A stretch of 27,170 nucleotides of DNA from a virus (IMGVR_UViG_3300027653_000577:1-27170), one strand, 5' to 3'; shown: positions 18,401 to 25,820, counted from the first letter of the stretch. The notes: generated by a model not told the origin, from the sequence alone. Made by a program: numbers and translations.

Positions 18401-18590
18401 CGGTGTCCTCCTGGGGGTTGAGCAGGGCGCGGAGTTCCGCAACGGCGTAAATGCAGTGGTCGGCGTGCGACCCGACGTAAGGGTGGTGGTGCTTGTCGAG
18501 GATGCGCCGCACCTCCGACAGGACCGCGAGCAACCCGTCACGTTCAGCCCGGAGCTGGCCGCTGTCATCCACGGCGTCGATGTCGGTCAT
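18393..18590 (-). CDS. Hypothetical protein, 65 aa
   Basis: GGAAGAGGG RBS; overlaps the downstream start. Confidence 0.55.
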   Translation of the reverse strand: MTDIDAVDDSGQLRAERDGLLAVLSEVRRILDKHHHPYVGSHADHCIYAVAELRALLNPQEDTDA

Positions 18591-18694
18591 CGGGGGCCCT
18601 CTTCCTCTTCCTTAGGTCGGCGTCGACGAGTGTTTGCACGGCATTGCGCGTAACAGCGGGTGTTAGGGCGTCGTTATTTGACTTCCTCCCGGGC

Positions 18695-19183
18695 CTAAAG
18701 GCCCGGGATTCCCGTCTGCTCCCACGCGAGGTGCGTGGTTCGCTGCGGGTGGGTTCCTGCTTCGCTGACCTGAGCCAACCCGGGGGCTGGTCTTACCTGG
18801 TCTCCACAGGCGTTTAGCCTCTCCGCCTGCCCAGCGGCGAGAACGTTCTTAGCGGCGTTGTGGTCCCGGTCGTGGGTGGTTCCGCATGAACAGGTCCACG
18901 TGCGGATGTTCAGCGGCATCTTGTCCTGAAGGGCGCCACACGATGAGCACAGCTTCGAGGACGGGAACCAACGGTCGACCTTGCCGAAGGTGCGCCCGTA
19001 CCTGGTGGCGGTGAGCCTCTTCGACAGCTCGCCGGAGGAGACGAACGCCAGCCCTGCTGTGCGGGCTTGTTCGCGGATGCTCAGGGCGTCGTTGTAGACC
19101 ACCCGTGCGCACCCGAAGGTCCGCGCGAGTGCTCGGCGTTGCCCGGGGCCGGGGTAGATCCGGTACTGGTACCGCAGCTGCAC
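18695..19183 (-). pseudogene. tnpB: tnpB with in-frame internal deletion (HTH joined to zinc finger; RuvC-I/II missing)
   Basis: 'MQLRYQYRIYP...FGCARVVYN' fused directly to 'ATRYGRTFGKVDRWFPSSKLC...DRDHNAA'. Confidence 0.9.
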
Positions 19184-19189
19184 GGGTGG

Positions 19190-19245
19190 TCACCTCCTCA
19201 CTGTTGTCTCATACTGTACCACAGTACATGGCTCGGGGGGGCGAT
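19190..19245 (-). promoter_or_regulatory. tnpB promoter resembling the phage module (P5)
   Basis: TACTGTGG-TACAGT-ATGAGACAA (-10 at 19213-19218), then GAGGAGG RBS. Confidence 0.65.
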
Positions 19246-19600
19246 TCACCCCCGGCCTGAAGGCCGGGGCACTCTCGCGGCCTATCGGTAGACCGTTAGT
19301 AACACCGTTACGGTCTACGTTACGCACGGCGTCGACAACGTCCTCGAAATCGAGCAGGCGCAGGGCCGTCTTGCGAGGGATGAACCCGTCAGTCAGGTTC
19401 CTGTTGGACCAGGCGAGCCCGGCCGTGAACAGCGCGATTCCGAGCACCCCGGCCTTGTCGAACTTCGGGTGGTCATAGAAATCGTCACTCAGACGAACCC
19501 ACGCCATGCTTCTCCCCCTTTTGTGTGGTCGGCGATCAGTGGTTGGTGCCGTGCTCCGTCACGAACGGTCGCGGCCCGAGGCCGGGCACGGCTGCGGAGG

Positions 19601-19963
19601 TCAGGCGACCGGTCCGCGCGTGTTTCGTAGTTCGCCACGCAGGCGGGCGATTTCCTCGCCGCGGCGCATGGACAGCTCCTGCACCTCGGTGTGCTTGGCG
19701 CGCAGGTCGTCGACCATGGCCAGGAGCGCCGCGATGTCCTGGCGGGCGTGGATGAAGAACTCCCGATCTGCGGGGGACTGTTCTTCGTCGGTGCCGAAGT
19801 CCGCGAAGCACACACCGGACAGGAAGCTTCCGCGCTGGTAAGCGAAGAACTCGCTACTGCCGTTCGAGACGTCGGGGTCGGGGTCCCAGGGTCCGGGGGT
19901 GGCGGCGTTGGCGCGTTCGCGGATGGTGTCGAGGTCGATGGACGGAGCGTTGTGGGTAGTCAC
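19601..19963 (-). CDS. ATPGPW-motif phage protein (~120 aa)
   Basis: 'LDTIRERANAATPGPW...DREFFIHARQDIAALL'; GTG start with GAGGAG RBS. Confidence 0.7.
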   Translation of the reverse strand: MTTHNAPSIDLDTIRERANAATPGPWDPDPDVSNGSSEFFAYQRGSFLSGVCFADFGTDEEQSPADREFFIHARQDIAALLAMVDDLRAKHTEVQELSMRRGEEIARLRGELRNTRGPVA

Positions 19964-20271
19964 TGGTTCTCCTCGGTGCAGTAGTCGCAGGCCAGTCCGT
20001 CCGGGCCGTGTGACCACTCGGCCAGCACCGCTTCCCTGACGCCTTCCTCGACGGAGGTGAAGTGCACCGTTTCGGCGTCGGTGAACGGGCCGCCGCACCG
20101 GGTGCAGCGGAGGACGTGGCACTCGTGTTCGACCTGGTGGATGGTGCCGTCGCCGGAGGCGCGCCGGTTCAGGAACGCGGCGGCGTCGGCTCGGGTGGTG
20201 AAATGCTCGGCGGTCTCGTCGGGGTAGGTGATCTGCCAACAGCGGGTGGCGGTGGCGGTCGTGGTGGTCAC
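19960..20271 (-). CDS. Hypothetical zinc-binding protein (~103 aa)
   Basis: CTRC and CDYC pairs; AAGGAG RBS; GTGA coupling. Confidence 0.65.
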   Translation of the reverse strand: MTTTTATATRCWQITYPDETAEHFTTRADAAAFLNRRASGDGTIHQVEHECHVLRCTRCGGPFTDAETVHFTSVEEGVREAVLAEWSHGPDGLACDYCTEENQ

Positions 20272-20582
20272 TGGGTCTCCTTGGGTGCGAGGGGGAACAC
20301 GGCCACAGGCCGGCCGATACCGTGGACGAAGGCGCGGTCCAGGTGCGGGAACTCGCGAGCCCGCGCAGGGCAGGCGATGCACCGCTGCCCGAGGATCTGA
20401 GACACCGTCAGCGGGTTACGGGCGGCGACGGCGGCGGGGCGTTGCGACAGTGCGTGGGCGACGTCCGAGCCGGTGGCGACGTCTCCGCATTCGGGGCACT
20501 GGTATGCCCAGTCCTGCGGGTTGTTGCCGAACCGGGCGCGCGCCTCGTCGTGGAGCTGGTCGAGGGTGATCATGCGGGTCAC
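20268..20582 (-). CDS. VVA0879-like zinc-ribbon protein
   Basis: 'EARARFG...WAYQCPECGDVA...GQRCI'; AAGGAGG RBS. Confidence 0.65.
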   Translation of the reverse strand: MTRMITLDQLHDEARARFGNNPQDWAYQCPECGDVATGSDVAHALSQRPAAVAARNPLTVSQILGQRCIACPARAREFPHLDRAFVHGIGRPVAVFPLAPKETQ

Positions 20583-20653
20583 AGCAGGTCCTCCTTGTCG
20601 TCGGTCTCGAAGGTGTCGTGGAAGTTGGTTCCGTCAGCCAGTTGGGCGGGGAT

Positions 20654-21400
20654 TCAGAGCTGAGATTCACCGGTATAGGCGGCCAGCTCCTCAGCGATCA
20701 CGTCGGCGTCACCAGCCGGGTCCGGTGAGAGCAGGGGGTCACGCCCGAGACGAGCCCGGGCGAAATCGCCCACGTGGCCGTCGATGACCTCATCGACCTC
20801 CCACCCGCTCTTGGCCTGGGTCATTTGAGTGATGTCCTGCAGGATCGCGGCCCACCGGTGGGTGCTGAAGGCAGGCCCGTGGGTCTTGCGGACCTGGGTG
20901 AGGTCGGCCGCCGTGGGGAGGGGCCAGTCGCCGGGGGTGACGTAGCGGCCCTGGCTCTTCCACAGCAGGGACATGGCCGTGTACATGCCCTGGGTGACCC
21001 TGTGTGCGGGGCTGGTGGGCTGGTAGTCGGCCAGGTCACGCTCCAGGAGTTCACTCACCTCATGGATCGCAGTGACGGGTTGGTAGTGCCTGGAGATGTG
21101 GGCGTGGCGGACCTGGACGGGGGTGCCGTCGGTGCCTTCCAGGTACATCGCGTTGGGGTTGCGGGTGCTGTATCCGCGGACGATGACGTAGTAGGTACTG
21201 AAAACATCACGGATGCGGGTGATCCCCGCCGGGGAGACCTGGTGGGTGCGGCAGTAGTCGGCCATTTTGTTGCGTGAGCCGCGCAGGATGCCGCTGCCGG
21301 GCAGGTGTAGGTGGAGTCCGCTCAGGCCGGCGCTGTAGAAGTTGACGCGGTTCATCCGGCGCATGTCGCTCCGGGGGTCGGTGGTTGTGAGGGTGGTCAT
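20654..21400 (-). CDS. Hypothetical protein, 248 aa
   Basis: AAGGAGG RBS, ATGA coupling, typical codon usage. Confidence 0.7.
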   Translation of the reverse strand: MTTLTTTDPRSDMRRMNRVNFYSAGLSGLHLHLPGSGILRGSRNKMADYCRTHQVSPAGITRIRDVFSTYYVIVRGYSTRNPNAMYLEGTDGTPVQVRHAHISRHYQPVTAIHEVSELLERDLADYQPTSPAHRVTQGMYTAMSLLWKSQGRYVTPGDWPLPTAADLTQVRKTHGPAFSTHRWAAILQDITQMTQAKSGWEVDEVIDGHVGDFARARLGRDPLLSPDPAGDADVIAEELAAYTGESQL

Positions 21401-21744
21401 GTGTCCTCCTTCCGGGGCGAATCAGCGGGCGCAGTGCTCGGCTCGTCCACCGCGAGTACCCGCGCCTGCCGGGGCCCTGGCGGGTCGCACTCGGTCAGCT
21501 GGTACCAGGGGCCCTTGCCGTCCAGACGGATCGGCGTGCCCTGCTCAGCGGCGTACCGGATGGTCTCGATCGCGTCATCGACGGCGGCGGAGTCGAACTT
21601 CGGGGACAGCCCGGCGCGAATGAAGCGCATGGCGCGTTCGGTGATGGCGGCGGGCTCCTCGTTGCGCCAGTCACCGCGATGATCGAACGCGCCGCGGATG
21701 TCAGTCGCGATCATTTGGTAGAGGAATTCACGGCTTCGGGACAT
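21397..21744 (-). CDS. Hypothetical protein (~115 aa)
   Basis: ATG 21744 with GAAGGAG RBS; the track start is too long. Confidence 0.65.
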   Translation of the reverse strand: MSRSREFLYQMIATDIRGAFDHRGDWRNEEPAAITERAMRFIRAGLSPKFDSAAVDDAIETIRYAAEQGTPIRLDGKGPWYQLTECDPPGPRQARVLAVDEPSTAPADSPRKEDT

Positions 21745-21812
21745 GTGGGCTCCTTCGTGTGTGGTTAGGTCCAGCCGCTGATCTTGATCATGGGCGCTGT
21801 TCCTTTCTGGTT

Positions 21813-21880
21813 CGGGAGGGGTGACCCCCTCCCTGGTTGGCACATACTATACCACACAAAGGCGAGGGGGGTGAACCTCC
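21813..21880 (-). promoter_or_regulatory. Repeated promoter plus stem-loop module, copy P4
   Basis: TTTGTGTGG-TATAGT (21846-21851), hairpin GGGAGGGG/CCCCTCCC, then GAACCAGAAAGGAA. Confidence 0.75.
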
Positions 21881-21938
21881 AGGCGCACCCCCGGGGCGGG
21901 TTCCTTCATCTTTAGTCTTCGAGATTGTGCTCGGGCAG

Positions 21939-22225
21939 TTGACTTCCTCCCCACGCCTAAAGGCGGGGGATTCCAACCAGCGGCAGGGCCGGTTGGTGCG
22001 CCACCCCTCGCAGGGGCGCTGGTTCCTGCTTCGCAGACCGGGTAACCCCGAGGTCTCCACAGGCTGGCACCGCATGCCCTGCGGCGCGAAGGATGTTCTT
22101 GGCGGCGTTCACGTCGGCGTGGTCGGTGTGTGCGCACTTGATGCACTCGAAGACCGCTTGGCTCTTGCGGCTGTCCGAGTCCACGTGCGCGCACCGGTGG
22201 CACGTCTGGGAGGTGTAGGCCGGGT
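21939..22225 (-). mobile_element. tnpB: IS605-family relic 3: tnpB 3' fragment of a different lineage plus right end
   Basis: 'PAYTSQTCHRCAH...FECIKC...ADVNAAKNI'. Right end GAAT-CCCCCGCCTTTAGGCGTGGGG-AGGAAG-TCAA. Confidence 0.9.
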
Positions 22226-22252
22226 GCCGGTGCGGCACCCGGGTTGGGGTCT

Positions 22253-22450
22253 TTAGGCGGGGATCCAGCCGCAGGCGAGGAGTTCGGCCTTCTTCTCGGC
22301 TCGGGCTTCGTTGCGGTCCTCCGCGAAGAGGTGGGGGTCCCAGCGCAGGGTCCCTTCGGTCAGGCCGTGGACCAGGTAGAGGATGCCGTTCACCTCGCGC
22401 TCGGCGATGGTGTAGGTCTGTCCGGTGGCGGGGTTGGTGAACTTGTTCAT
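22253..22450 (-). CDS. Hypothetical protein, 65 aa
   Basis: AGGAGGAG RBS, own promoter, downstream 10-bp hairpin (22220-22242). Confidence 0.75.
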   Translation of the reverse strand: MNKFTNPATGQTYTIAEREVNGILYLVHGLTEGTLRWDPHLFAEDRNEARAEKKAELLACGWIPA

Positions 22451-22469
22451 GGCTCCTCCTGGTGGTTGG

Positions 22470-22540
22470 GGTGGGGGTTCTTTTCCCCCTCCTGCTTGTC
22501 TCCTACTGTACCACAGTATTGGGGGGTGGGCGAACCCCGG
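22470..22540 (-). promoter_or_regulatory. Repeated promoter plus stem-loop module, copy P2
   Basis: Nearly identical to P1: TGTGGTACAGTAGGAGACAAGCAGGAGGGGGAAA (-10 at 22505-22510). Confidence 0.75.
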
Positions 22541-22558
22541 GGCCCGCCCTCAGGCACC

Positions 22559-22759
22559 TCATGCCCTCCTGCGCTGGATCCGGGCTCCCGCAGACCGCCC
22601 CACCCGCGACTTGGAAACACCCGTGGGCGAGGACACCAACGCCTCCGCGCCCGGCACCGGCAGCACCGCATACACCAGGTAGCAGGACGCATCGATCCGG
22701 CCCGGCGAGTCGGGGTCGGTGGGCTGCCAGGACGCCCACTCCTCCTCCAGCTCGGGCAG
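22559..22759 (-). pseudogene. Displaced duplicate of the terL 3' end (66 codons plus stop)
   Basis: LPELEEEWASWQPTDPDSPGRIDASCYLVYAVLPVPGAEALVSSPTGV...RIQRRRA*, colinear with 23653-23853. No start codon. Confidence 0.9.
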
Positions 22760-22789
22760 GTAGTAGCCCTGACGCTACAAAGCGCAGGA

Positions 22790-22822
22790 GACAAACCCGC
22801 CGGGAGTCGCCCCCCGGCAGGC
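22790..22822 (-). terminator. Hairpin terminator after the DUF2786-like gene
   Basis: CCTGCCGGG...CCCGGCGGG followed by TTTGTCT. Confidence 0.55.
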
Positions 22823-22833
22823 GCGGTCAGCTG

Positions 22834-23550
22834 TCAGGCTCCGAGCGCCTTCCGGGCGCCCACCCTGTCCTGGTTCAGGTCTGCCCGGTCGGCAGCAAGG
22901 GCTCCAGATCGGAGCCCTTGCCTGTCTCCTTGGGCCAGGCGCCCCCTCCGGATGCCTCCGGTTATTTGCTGTCGCATGAACCGTTCGACCACCTGAGCAC
23001 GGTCCTGAAGGACCAACTCAGCCCCCCGCCCTCGGGTTGGGGTGGCGTCTTGGGCTGTGGCCTTTTCGATTTCTTCCAGGCGCTCACCCACCCGCTGGGC
23101 AAACCCCAGCATCCACCCCTGGCGGAACTTTCTTGTCTGCACGCCCTGCGGGGGGCGGGCGTTTTCCGCGCCGTTGGCCATCTGGAGCAGGAGTGAGGCG
23201 TACAGCACCTCCACCCGGTGGATGTCGGTGGGGTAGCCGTACACCGCCACGGGGACGGCCTTGGAGGACTTTGGTGCACGCAGGGCCTTGCAGCCCAGGC
23301 TTTGCGCGATGCACCCCAGAAGTTGGGCCTTGAGCAAGACCCAGGGGCCTTCCACCCTGAAGTTCTTGACTTGGGGCTCTTCGGCATCGCCCTGCTGGTC
23401 GCCGATCATGGCTTGGTCGATGCTGTGCCGGGCCATCAGTTCGGTGGCTTTTGCGGTGTAGGACCACCCTTCATGTTCAGTGGCGGCCCCATCGGCCTTG
23501 GCCAGCAAGGCCCGGACCTTTCGGAGGATGTTCTCCGGAATGCCGCTCAT
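22834..23550 (-). CDS. DUF2786-domain protein (~238 aa)
   Basis: 'LRKVRALLAKA...E...KATELMARHSID', 'LYASLLLQ', 'G..AADRADL'. ATG 23550 with AGAAAGGAA RBS. Confidence 0.8.
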   Translation of the reverse strand: MSGIPENILRKVRALLAKADGAATEHEGWSYTAKATELMARHSIDQAMIGDQQGDAEEPQVKNFRVEGPWVLLKAQLLGCIAQSLGCKALRAPKSSKAVPVAVYGYPTDIHRVEVLYASLLLQMANGAENARPPQGVQTRKFRQGWMLGFAQRVGERLEEIEKATAQDATPTRGRGAELVLQDRAQVVERFMRQQITGGIRRGRLAQGDRQGLRSGALAADRADLNQDRVGARKALGA

Positions 23551-23567
23551 GGTTTTCCTTTCTGGGG

Positions 23568-23640
23568 TTCGGGAGGGGGTGTTTCCCCCTTCCTGGTTGA
23601 TTCCTACTGTACCACACAAAAGGGAGGGGGCAAACCCGCC
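23568..23640 (-). promoter_or_regulatory. Repeated promoter plus stem-loop module, copy P3
   Basis: TTTGCC...TTTGTGTGG-TACAGT (23606-23611), hairpin AGGGGG/CCCCCT. Confidence 0.75.
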
Positions 23641-23652
23641 ACCTGCACCAAC

Positions 23653-25206
23653 TCACACCCTGCGCCGCTGAATCCTCACCCCACTCCCCCGACCCGCAAG
23701 CGACCGAGGAACCCCCGTAGGCGAAGAAACCACAGCCTCCGCACCCGGCACCGGCAACACCGCATACACCAAGTAACAAGACGCATCAATACGCCCCGGC
23801 GAATCCGGGTCGGTGGGCTGCCAAGACGCCCACTCCTCCTCCAGCTCCGGCAACGCTGCCCCCAACCGCACCCGATCCTCAACAAGCTGCTGAGCAACCG
23901 GCTCGGCCCTCAACAGTTTCCCGCGTTTGGCGGTGACGAGCTTGACCTGCGGAGCCAAACCAGTAAACCGCCCGTCCTGGGAACGCTCACGCGCCAACGC
24001 ATCCCACGCCGACCGGATCACGTTACGGGCCATATCACCGCCGTAGTTCTTCTCCACCACGATCACCTCGGCGTTGATGGCGGCTGCAAGCTCACAAGCC
24101 GCCCGCGCCCACGCCTCGGAGGTGCCAACCATGGTGGCGTCCTCAGTCAGGTACAAACGACCGTCCTCGGCCAGGTACCCGCCGATGATCCCTGCGGTGT
24201 CACGCCCCCCGCCGGAAGGGTCCACCGCCACAGCAGCCTTGACCGGGGTTGAGGGGGGCGGGGTGTGGCGTTGACGCCGTAGCACCGACCGGTCCACCAA
24301 CGCACCCTCGGCAGGTTTGGGGTCGAGCTGGTAGAGGGCACCCCAGTCGCGGGCGGTGACCTGACGGCGGCGTTCGCTCCAGTGCGCCAGGGCGGCGTCG
24401 GTGTCGGACTCCTCCAGCATCGGGTGCGGTAGCGGTTCCCCCGGAAGGCGCCCCAGGGGGTCGTCTTCGGAGTCGGCCAGGGCGGGTAGGCGCACCACCT
24501 CCCACTCGCCGCCTTCCTCGACGCGCCCGTCACGTTCCAGAACCCGGTGAGCCCAGTCGTCTTCATGCCAGGGGGTGAGCATGGCTACCACCGGCCCGCC
24601 CGGAGCCAGGCGAGTCAAAAAATCTGAGGAGTACCAGTCCCACACCCTGTCACGCATGGTGCGGGAATCGGCTTCGGCCCGGGATTTGTGTGGGTCGTCG
24701 AGGATTATCAGGTCGGCTGGTGACCCAGTGACGCCAGATCCAACACCGACAGATTTGATTCCTCCCCCGGATGTCAAAGACCAGTCGGTGACGACCTTGG
24801 CGCCCCACTCCAGGTCCATGTCCCACTTCCACCCGTGGTGGTCCACCAGGCGTCGGATGTCGCGGCCACGTTTGAGGGCCAGGTTTTGGCCGTAGGAGCC
24901 GATGATGATGCGTTGGGCGGGGTTGCGGGCCATCCACCAGAACGGTAGCCACACAGCGGCCAGGGTGGATTTGCCGGACTGGGGTGGCAGCATCAACAGC
25001 AGCCGTTTGGTGTGGCCTTGGGCGACGCGGGTGAGGGCTTGGGAGATGTAGGCCAGGTGGGCGCGTGCTTTGAATGTGGGGTCGAGGTAGACCGCCATGG
25101 TTGCCGGGTCGCTCAGTACGGCTTGGGCGGTGCCTTGGAGCATGGCGATCATGTCGGCGTGCTGGCTTGGTGTTGCCGTGCGGGCCCGCCCCAGGGTCAA
25201 GGGCAT
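23653..25206 (-). CDS. terL: Terminase large subunit
   Basis: Walker A 'PPQSGKS', Walker B 'LIILDDP', 'ALYQ', nuclease motifs 'VAVDPSG', 'VEKNYGG', 'GRIDA'. Confidence 0.92.
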   Translation of the reverse strand: MPLTLGRARTATPSQHADMIAMLQGTAQAVLSDPATMAVYLDPTFKARAHLAYISQALTRVAQGHTKRLLLMLPPQSGKSTLAAVWLPFWWMARNPAQRIIIGSYGQNLALKRGRDIRRLVDHHGWKWDMDLEWGAKVVTDWSLTSGGGIKSVGVGSGVTGSPADLIILDDPHKSRAEADSRTMRDRVWDWYSSDFLTRLAPGGPVVAMLTPWHEDDWAHRVLERDGRVEEGGEWEVVRLPALADSEDDPLGRLPGEPLPHPMLEESDTDAALAHWSERRRQVTARDWGALYQLDPKPAEGALVDRSVLRRQRHTPPPSTPVKAAVAVDPSGGGRDTAGIIGGYLAEDGRLYLTEDATMVGTSEAWARAACELAAAINAEVIVVEKNYGGDMARNVIRSAWDALARERSQDGRFTGLAPQVKLVTAKRGKLLRAEPVAQQLVEDRVRLGAALPELEEEWASWQPTDPDSPGRIDASCYLVYAVLPVPGAEAVVSSPTGVPRSLAGRGSGVRIQRRRV

Positions 25207-25209
25207 GGG

Positions 25210-25785
25210 CTACTTCAGCCCCCCCTCAATGACGCGCATCCACCCGCGTGCGGCTTCGTTGTAGGCCTCGATGCGTTCGGGTTCGGTCATCTCAGCGAAC
25301 CTGCCTTCGACCTGGACGGGTCCGCCGTCGGCGCCGGTGATTTCCACGATCTGGTCGGGGGCGTCCAGCGCGACGCGGCGTAGGCGTTCAATCATCTCCA
25401 CCCATTTGGGGAGTACCACCGGGTCGAGGAGTTCGCCGGTTTCAGCGATCTGGCGTACGGATTTGATGGCGATGGCTGAGGCGGTGCGGGCGATGTCCAT
25501 TTGGGCGCGGCACAGCTCTTCGTCGCGTTCCCGTAGGCGGATGCGGCGGAGGTTGTCTTCGTGGGCGTCGAAGGCTGCCACGCGCTCCTGCCAGCGGTGG
25601 GCGGTGGCTTGTTTGTTGATGGTGACGAGTGCGACACCATAACTTTCCGCCACCAAACGATAACTTCGTTCGGCGGGTTTGGTGTCGCGGTAGGTGCTGA
25701 AGCGGGCGTGGGCTTTGGCGGATTCTCCCGGTTGGCGGTCCCAGAGGTCCCGGCCAGGGTGCAGGGTCAAGGGACTGTGGGCCAC
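25210..25785 (-). CDS. Probable terminase small subunit
   Basis: Directly upstream of terL. 'WDRQPGESAKAHARF..YRD', 'WQERVAAFD', 'EITGADGGPV'. Confidence 0.75.
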   Translation of the reverse strand: MAHSPLTLHPGRDLWDRQPGESAKAHARFSTYRDTKPAERSYRLVAESYGVALVTINKQATAHRWQERVAAFDAHEDNLRRIRLRERDEELCRAQMDIARTASAIAIKSVRQIAETGELLDPVVLPKWVEMIERLRRVALDAPDQIVEITGADGGPVQVEGRFAEMTEPERIEAYNEAARGWMRVIEGGLK

Positions 25786-25820
25786 GGCGGGTTGTCCTTT
25801 CGTCGGCGGGTGTGGGGTGG

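Larger units (their letters stand above)
18678..19287 (-). mobile_element. IS605-family mini-element 2 (610 bp) with both ends
   Basis: Left hairpin CCCCGGCC-TTCA-GGCCGGGG follows a CTAC target (19288-19291). Right hairpin ends in TCAA. No tnpA. Confidence 0.85.
18610..19507 (-). pseudogene. Replication-initiator-like gene, interrupted by the IS and truncated
   Basis: 'MAWVRLSDDFYDHPK...AWSNRNLTDGFIP' before the IS; the frame resumes as 'HNDALTPAVTRNAVQTLVDADL' after it. Family assignment from memory of actinophage proteins. Confidence 0.6.

Noticed and set aside
19212-19226. TACTGT/ACAGTA palindrome as a LexA box
   Set aside because: The spacer is 3 nt rather than 8, and actinobacterial LexA boxes have a different consensus.
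22559-22759. terL duplicate as a DGR template repeat
   Set aside because: Differences are mostly synonymous C/T and C/G changes, and no RT is in the window.
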